Positions 59,202 to 64,000 of a DNA stretch of 64,000 nt are shown piece after piece. Each line of letters begins with the position of its first letter. Position 1 is the stretch's first letter. A program made the translations under genes and the position numbers. The DNA comes from Candidatus Thorarchaeota archaeon (GTDB taxonomy: Archaea; Asgardarchaeota; Thorarchaeia; Thorarchaeales; Thorarchaeaceae), in contig JAWOEX010000028.1 of the NCBI GenBank assembly GCA_046482545.1, positions 160,001 through 224,000 of the forward strand, read 5' to 3'. The notes under the pieces were generated by a model that did no database searches, had not been told where the DNA came from, and worked only from the letters and a program-made list of their open reading frames with translations.

Positions 59202-61356
59202 TGTATCGATTTGAATGCAACTCGTTGAGCAATCTATGAACTCCCCTTCCTACTTTATCCAAGTTGGAAACCTCTGCAATGCTGGAGATTGAGATAAGAA
59301 TCCACTCCAGCATATCAAGGATTAATCTGATGTCACCTGTACCCAGATTATTTCTAGTGGCTATAGTCTCACAGTTCTCAGAAGCCAGAATGAGTTCAGC
59401 AACAATCTGTGCCGTTGACTCACCAAGGTTTCTGCCACTTTCCAGCATGATGATATGCGCGATTAAATCAAGCAATTCCCTTGAAGTATCTACCATTGGA
59501 AGGAGGGCCAAGATTTCTCTGACTGTTGATATATGGAGATAGAGCTTGCAAACAACGCTGCCGAGAGCTGTGAGTCTCAGCCGGGCATCAGAGCCACCTT
59601 CAATCAAACCGAGCTTGGTCAGAGTTGCTACTGGGCTTGTTTCTCCTAATGCTAGGGGAATTATGAAATCGGCTTTGGACCGCAATGATTTCGCTGCTTC
59701 GATTCCCAGAGCAACAAGATGGGGGCAGAGGATGCCATCTTGCCCAATGGCTTTGCCGCACGAACACGACGGGCCTTCAAGAACACCGCTCTTCCGTGAT
59801 CTGATGGAGAACCGACATGTGTACCCTCCTCCGCTCCGTGGTTTAACCAGACCCCCTATCGTCTCCTCCGATTTCTCGCGGATATCAACGTGAGCAAGGA
59901 CCCCTTCCATTGCGGCGTGGAGGGTTTCAGACAGCGCATGTTGTTCAATCGACGCCTGTGCGGTGAGATCGGCTAGAATCAGCGGTCTAACTGGTGAACG
60001 TGGATTCCTTACGTGATTATGTACGAGATATGATTGGGCAAAATATACGTCTTCAAGGTCTAAAACCGTAGAGCCATCAAGAAAATCGATTGCCACTAGA
60101 ACCTGCTCTGTAAGATTGCTTGAAAGACTGCTTCGCACAGAACTGAATCTAGGCATCATTTCGTCCTCGCCTTCAGAAGCATCAATACACTGGAAGTACG
60201 CGTCTAAAGCTGTTTTTCGCTCTCCCTCACTTCGAGTAATGATGATTCCAAAGCCTTCCTTGTCGAACCCTGGCCTTCCTGCTCTTCCCAACATCTGGTG
60301 AACTTCATTAGCTGAAAGAATCTGTTTGTAATCAGCAGGAGAGACGATGGATGAAAGAACCACTGTACGTGCAGGAAGGTTCATTCCCGAAGCAAGAGTT
60401 GTCGTAGCTGAAATCGCTTTCAGGAATCCTTTCTTGAAGAGCCGTTCAACAAGACTCCGAGATTGAAAGTCTAACCCGGCATGATGATATGCTACACCTT
60501 GATGGACGAGAGGAACTAATTCACTTGGTAGGGACGCATTCCAGTTCTCAACCGAATCGAGCTCGGTGTCAAGATTATCTTTCTCCACATGACGCAGCTG
60601 TCTGACCACGTGTGGTGCCAGTCTCTTAGCTGATGCCACTGCTTCTCGCCTTGTTCTGCTGAATACCACAACCTGGCCGTTCCTTTGTACGCTTCGCATA
60701 ACAATATCCCGAACCGTCTTCTCTGGCTCATTGGTCTTCAGAACTCTCGTTACCAACGGAACTGGTCGATGACTAGATTGTAGAAGTTTGGAATCCAACC
60801 ATTCTGCCAGTATTTTTGGCTGACCAATTGTAGCACTGAGAACGACGAACTGAACTTCAGGGAATGCTTTTCGTAACCGCATCAGAGTTCCTTCAAGCCT
60901 GCCTCCTCGCATTGGGTCTGAAATGTTCTGGATTTCATCCACGATTACAGTGCCTATATCTGAAAGCCAGTCAGCCCTGTGGCGTAGTAGCGAATCAGTC
61001 CTCTCATAGGTTGAGACGAGTACATCGCAAGTTGCGAACTTGCTTCCGCTGGCTTCAAGATCCGAAGTACTTACTTCCACATTCAAACCACGATGAGAAT
61101 ATCGTTCCCTGATGGTTGATCCAATTTGAATAGCCAGCGATTTCAGTGGAACCATGAAGACAGCCTTTCGTCCATTTGAGACCGCCCTCAGAGCGGCCAT
61201 CTCACCAATGAGGGTCTTCCCAGAACCCGTGGGACTACATATCATCATGTTAGCCCCGTCGAGCAATCCCTCATCTATGGCCTTTTGTTGCAGTTTCCTA
61301 GGTTCTAATCCTGCCTCGCGAATCCAATCCAAAACCGATTGCTGGACTAAGGTCAT
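59173..61356 (-). CDS. Ski2-like/Hel308-type SF2 helicase with inserted SWIM zinc finger
   Basis: Q motif LQQKAI, PTGSGKT, DEIQ, LSAT, HHAGL, TTTLASGMNLPA, QMLGRAGRPGFD; CSC...CPH inside the winged-helix region. Confidence 0.9.
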   Translation of the reverse strand: MTLVQQSVLDWIREAGLEPRKLQQKAIDEGLLDGANMMICSPTGSGKTLIGEMAALRAVSNGRKAVFMVPLKSLAIQIGSTIRERYSHRGLNVEVSTSDLEASGSKFATCDVLVSTYERTDSLLRHRADWLSDIGTVIVDEIQNISDPMRGGRLEGTLMRLRKAFPEVQFVVLSATIGQPKILAEWLDSKLLQSSHRPVPLVTRVLKTNEPEKTVRDIVMRSVQRNGQVVVFSRTRREAVASAKRLAPHVVRQLRHVEKDNLDTELDSVENWNASLPSELVPLVHQGVAYHHAGLDFQSRSLVERLFKKGFLKAISATTTLASGMNLPARTVVLSSIVSPADYKQILSANEVHQMLGRAGRPGFDKEGFGIIITRSEGERKTALDAYFQCIDASEGEDEMMPRFSSVRSSLSSNLTEQVLVAIDFLDGSTVLDLEDVYFAQSYLVHNHVRNPRSPVRPLILADLTAQASIEQHALSETLHAAMEGVLAHVDIREKSEETIGGLVKPRSGGGYTCRFSIRSRKSGVLEGPSCSCGKAIGQDGILCPHLVALGIEAAKSLRSKADFIIPLALGETSPVATLTKLGLIEGGSDARLRLTALGSVVCKLYLHISTVREILALLPMVDTSRELLDLIAHIIMLESGRNLGESTAQIVAELILASENCETIATRNNLGTGDIRLILDMLEWILISISSIAEVSNLDKVGRGVHRLLNELHSNRYNAGDKDVSK

Positions 61357-63674
61357 TGCGCTGCTGCCGCCTCCTCAAACTGCCTGAGCGCCATTCGGCC
61401 TTTCAGCGTCAAGCGATAGTTTCCGTAATCTACCCCACTGTGGGTTTCATGCCCCTTCAGTATGAGGCTCGCTCTCTCCAATCGGAAAAGAATTTGTGTC
61501 ATGTCAGCTGTTGATAGGCCCTCTCGGGTAAGGAAACTCTGAAGTGCTTTTTCAGTCAGCGGAGAATACCTATTAAGAAGCTCAAGAATTCGTAGTGCTA
61601 TTTCCTTATTGTCTCTACAAGCATGGGCCAAAAGGCTGCTTGCTTTCGGTTCTGGTTTCTCGTAACTCTGCAGAGTCTTTAGTCTACTACGAATGTCGTT
61701 CTCCGTAAGATCCTGTAAAACAGGAGCATCACACAATCTTATCGGATAAGATAGCTCTTCTGCTCTATGCGAAAGGATAGCCATATCCGACCCAAGTGTT
61801 CGGATAAAGGAGGTTTCTCTACTGGATCTGCGGGATTTACTGTGAATGCCGTGTCCAACAACGGTTAGCTTGAGTATATCATTGGCAACAGCAATGTCAC
61901 GCGAATCTCTGAGACGTAAACAGATTGAGCTTCCAAGCTGGTTCAGTACTTCATTGTCCAGACTTGAGGGGTTCTCTACTGAAATGATTAGACTACCACG
62001 TCTAAGAAGATCTCCTACGATGTCACGTGCCCATTCCGAGTTATCAGGATAGCGATTCCCACTCGCTAAAAGGTTAGCAGGTGTGTCTAGTATAACGACG
62101 AATTCTCTGCTGGGTCCAAGCGCGCTGAGTTTGATTAATGACAAATCCCAAGCGAAGATATCAAGCTCAGGGCTCCCCAGTTCGATATGAGCTACTGTCA
62201 GTGTATTCTTCGCAAGCGAATTCATTGGTACAGTCTGTTGGCCATAGAAGGCTCGTGCCCCAACACCATCGCGCAGAAGGCGTATAACTTCTATACCGCG
62301 CAAGGAATCTCTTGAGGGATCGGTGGAATACTTCTGTGAAGAAGCCCCTTCTTCCGCTACAACTGGAGTATCATCTGTCAGAGAAACGTCAGCCAGAGTA
62401 GCATTGGGCACGGACACTGCTCGCTGTAATGCTAGCTCAAAGTCAGTAGCAGCACCAAACGGACGACCGTTCAGAATTTCGAGTGCTTTTTTCAGCTTTG
62501 AGACATATCGCAAGGAGTTCATACCATCGGCAGCAACAGGGTTTAGAATCAAATCATCTGCAAGCTGAAGAGGAATGGCCGAGTCATGAAGGCTGGCTAG
62601 TCTCATGGCATTTTCATTTGCACTAAGGACTATCACATGCTTACCTGATTCCAGAATTGAATGGATTAGATTCGCGAGAATTGGAATTCTTTCATTTCTA
62701 TGCCCTCCACAGATGAGAAGGCCATCCTCGAGGTCCTCTTGGGCTAAACCCACTGATGGACCCTCCAACATTGTTTCAGGATTGATGCTTCGTCCAACTT
62801 CGAAGTCGTACTGCTGACCGCGTATCGGGCTGACAAATTCTCCAGGAATCGTTGCGCCCACTTCTGATGCTAGTTCACTCTTCAGCTGTATTAGCCACTT
62901 GGTCAATTCACTACCTAGAGCGTAGAAACAAGGGTCCCGATTAGCGAAAGAACGATTCAAAATTAAAGCTGTGAGTTGTTGAACTGATAGTCGTTCCCAT
63001 CCTTTGCTTGGTAGCGCCCCCCGAATGCCACTTTCAAAAGCACCTTGCCCTTTTTGATTTCGCAAGTGGGCAGCAATAGAGACAGAAACTTTCCAGAAAC
63101 CAGCTTGATTGAGTAGGAAAGATTCCAATCCTTCCTCGCTTATTGAATCAACTAACCATCGGGAGGTGTCATCTAGCAAATCTTGGCTGTAAAGGATAGA
63201 GGAATCACTTTTCTTAAGAGAAATTATGAGACAAAAACCTAAGCCTATGGGAAGAGCCCGTATTAGTCGTCCAAGATCCCCCAAGAACTCAGCTGGCGCA
63301 TCTTCTAGGGATAACGCCATCATGTACTGGCCGTTTTTGGTTTCTATCAGTTCTCTGTCGGAGCCACTGATAGAACCGATTCCATTATCCTGCTGCCATT
63401 CTGGTACGAGTTGTTCAGAAGACCGGGAAGTCAGAGAGGGCGCTCCTATCAACAATAGTAGGACTGCAACGCTGAGGATACCAACTACTTTAGGAATGTA
63501 AAAAACAGCCCAAAAGGCAAGGGCTGAAACGAGCAGAGAGGAAAGCCAAGACGAGGCTAACTCCCGAGTCCTCCACCGAGGCTTTGTACTCTTCGATACT
63601 GACCAACGAGATTCCTTCATTTCGTCCATAGGGTCTCGCTGGGGAATTGACCCGAAGATATGACGGTCAGTCAG
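61353..63674 (-). CDS. Membrane-anchored HerA/VirB4/CedB-like pseudo-ATPase with C-terminal winged helix
   Basis: N-terminal 2 TM; GLLICGGHRNER (Walker A position), LNPV, VVILDTPANL (Walker B position), LIISVENPSSLDNEVLNQLGSSICLRL..D; wHTH ending YRLTLKG. ORF-track start is ATG 63629; in-frame CTG 63674 with GGAGG is proposed. Confidence 0.7.
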   Translation of the reverse strand: MTDRHIFGSIPQRDPMDEMKESRWSVSKSTKPRWRTRELASSWLSSLLVSALAFWAVFYIPKVVGILSVAVLLLLIGAPSLTSRSSEQLVPEWQQDNGIGSISGSDRELIETKNGQYMMALSLEDAPAEFLGDLGRLIRALPIGLGFCLIISLKKSDSSILYSQDLLDDTSRWLVDSISEEGLESFLLNQAGFWKVSVSIAAHLRNQKGQGAFESGIRGALPSKGWERLSVQQLTALILNRSFANRDPCFYALGSELTKWLIQLKSELASEVGATIPGEFVSPIRGQQYDFEVGRSINPETMLEGPSVGLAQEDLEDGLLICGGHRNERIPILANLIHSILESGKHVIVLSANENAMRLASLHDSAIPLQLADDLILNPVAADGMNSLRYVSKLKKALEILNGRPFGAATDFELALQRAVSVPNATLADVSLTDDTPVVAEEGASSQKYSTDPSRDSLRGIEVIRLLRDGVGARAFYGQQTVPMNSLAKNTLTVAHIELGSPELDIFAWDLSLIKLSALGPSREFVVILDTPANLLASGNRYPDNSEWARDIVGDLLRRGSLIISVENPSSLDNEVLNQLGSSICLRLRDSRDIAVANDILKLTVVGHGIHSKSRRSSRETSFIRTLGSDMAILSHRAEELSYPIRLCDAPVLQDLTENDIRSRLKTLQSYEKPEPKASSLLAHACRDNKEIALRILELLNRYSPLTEKALQSFLTREGLSTADMTQILFRLERASLILKGHETHSGVDYGNYRLTLKGRMALRQFEEAAAAQ

Positions 63675-63939
63675 GGGTCTCGCCTCCCGATTTCAATTCT
63701 TGCAGGGCTGTAAGCATCTGTTTGACTAGACTCGAAGATTCGTATGCAACGGCCAACTTTCTCCCGAGTACCAGTAATTCTGGAAGTCCCTCCTTCCGCG
63801 AAACACCCACCTCAGTCCGCCTTGGTGATTCAACCAAAAGGGTGAATTCGTAAGCATGACCACCACGTAGTGCTTTCTTGACCTCATCTACGGCAAGACC
63901 AAGCGGAATGGTGATGGAATCCATGTACTCGATCTTCAT
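63667..63939 (-). CDS. Small hypothetical protein (90 aa), operon member
   Basis: GGGGG RBS-like; ATGA overlap with the upstream ORF. Confidence 0.65.
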   Translation of the reverse strand: MKIEYMDSITIPLGLAVDEVKKALRGGHAYEFTLLVESPRRTEVGVSRKEGLPELLVLGRKLAVAYESSSLVKQMLTALQELKSGGETPD

Positions 63940-64000
63940 TGAATCAGACCCCCTGATAGAAGAGATTTGGTTAGACTGACGGGTGCTTCATGAACACGCA
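63936..64000 (-). CDS. 3' end of an upstream gene (partial)
   Basis: Open frame RVHEAPVSLTKSLLSGGLIQ* whose TGA overlaps ATG 63939. Confidence 0.45.
   Translation of the reverse strand, partial: RVHEAPVSLTKSLLSGGLIQ

Noticed and set aside
63560-63669. TGA readthrough (selenocysteine) extending the 90-aa ORF
   Set aside because: No redox motif context, and the downstream region is explained by the overlapping start of the next gene.
59173-63674. HerA-type anti-phage defence system or canonical herA-nurA-mre11-rad50 operon
   Set aside because: No Sir2, NurA, Mre11, Rad50 or toxic effector is visible, the ATPase motifs are dead and the partners are repair-type. Defence is not fully excluded because the operon is incomplete.
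1-64000. CRISPR arrays, rRNA/tRNA genes, transposases, and the many short antisense ORFs in the track
   Set aside because: No regularly spaced repeats, cloverleafs or transposase motifs seen by eye; short overlapping ORFs are shadows of longer motif-bearing genes.

Overview
Archaeal genomic DNA, most likely an Asgard archaeon of the Thorarchaeota type. This is inferred from a 7TM-longin fusion, an Arf-like GTPase derivative, a TrmB/coiled-coil fusion, GWPGSG-capped beta-helix surface proteins and frequent TTG/GTG starts. No rRNA, tRNA or CRISPR array was found. 0-24 kb holds metabolic, regulatory and membrane genes: HDAC, YyaL, a permuted family-5 solute-binding protein, C39 peptidase, CooC, two histidine kinases, a radical SAM/SPASM enzyme, GNAT and 2-hydroxyacid dehydrogenase. 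25-34.6 kb is a block of three C-terminally anchored surface proteins. 34.6-39.5 kb is a decaying patch with VapBC and MntA-HepT toxin-antitoxin pairs. 45-53.6 kb encodes a 2597-aa surface protein coupled to a pseudo-zincin membrane protein. The standout is a translationally coupled minus-strand operon at 54.4-64 kb that continues off-window. It joins membrane proteins and a membrane-anchored, Walker-degenerate HerA/VirB4/CedB-like protein to a Hel308-type helicase with an inserted SWIM zinc finger, two RecA/Rad51-family paralogs (one P-loop intact, one dead) and a FEN1/XPG nuclease. I propose it as a candidate membrane-coupled DNA uptake/recombination system with parallels to the eukaryotic Shu (SWIM + Rad51 paralog) and HELQ modules. 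All family calls come from reading motifs by eye; no searches were run.
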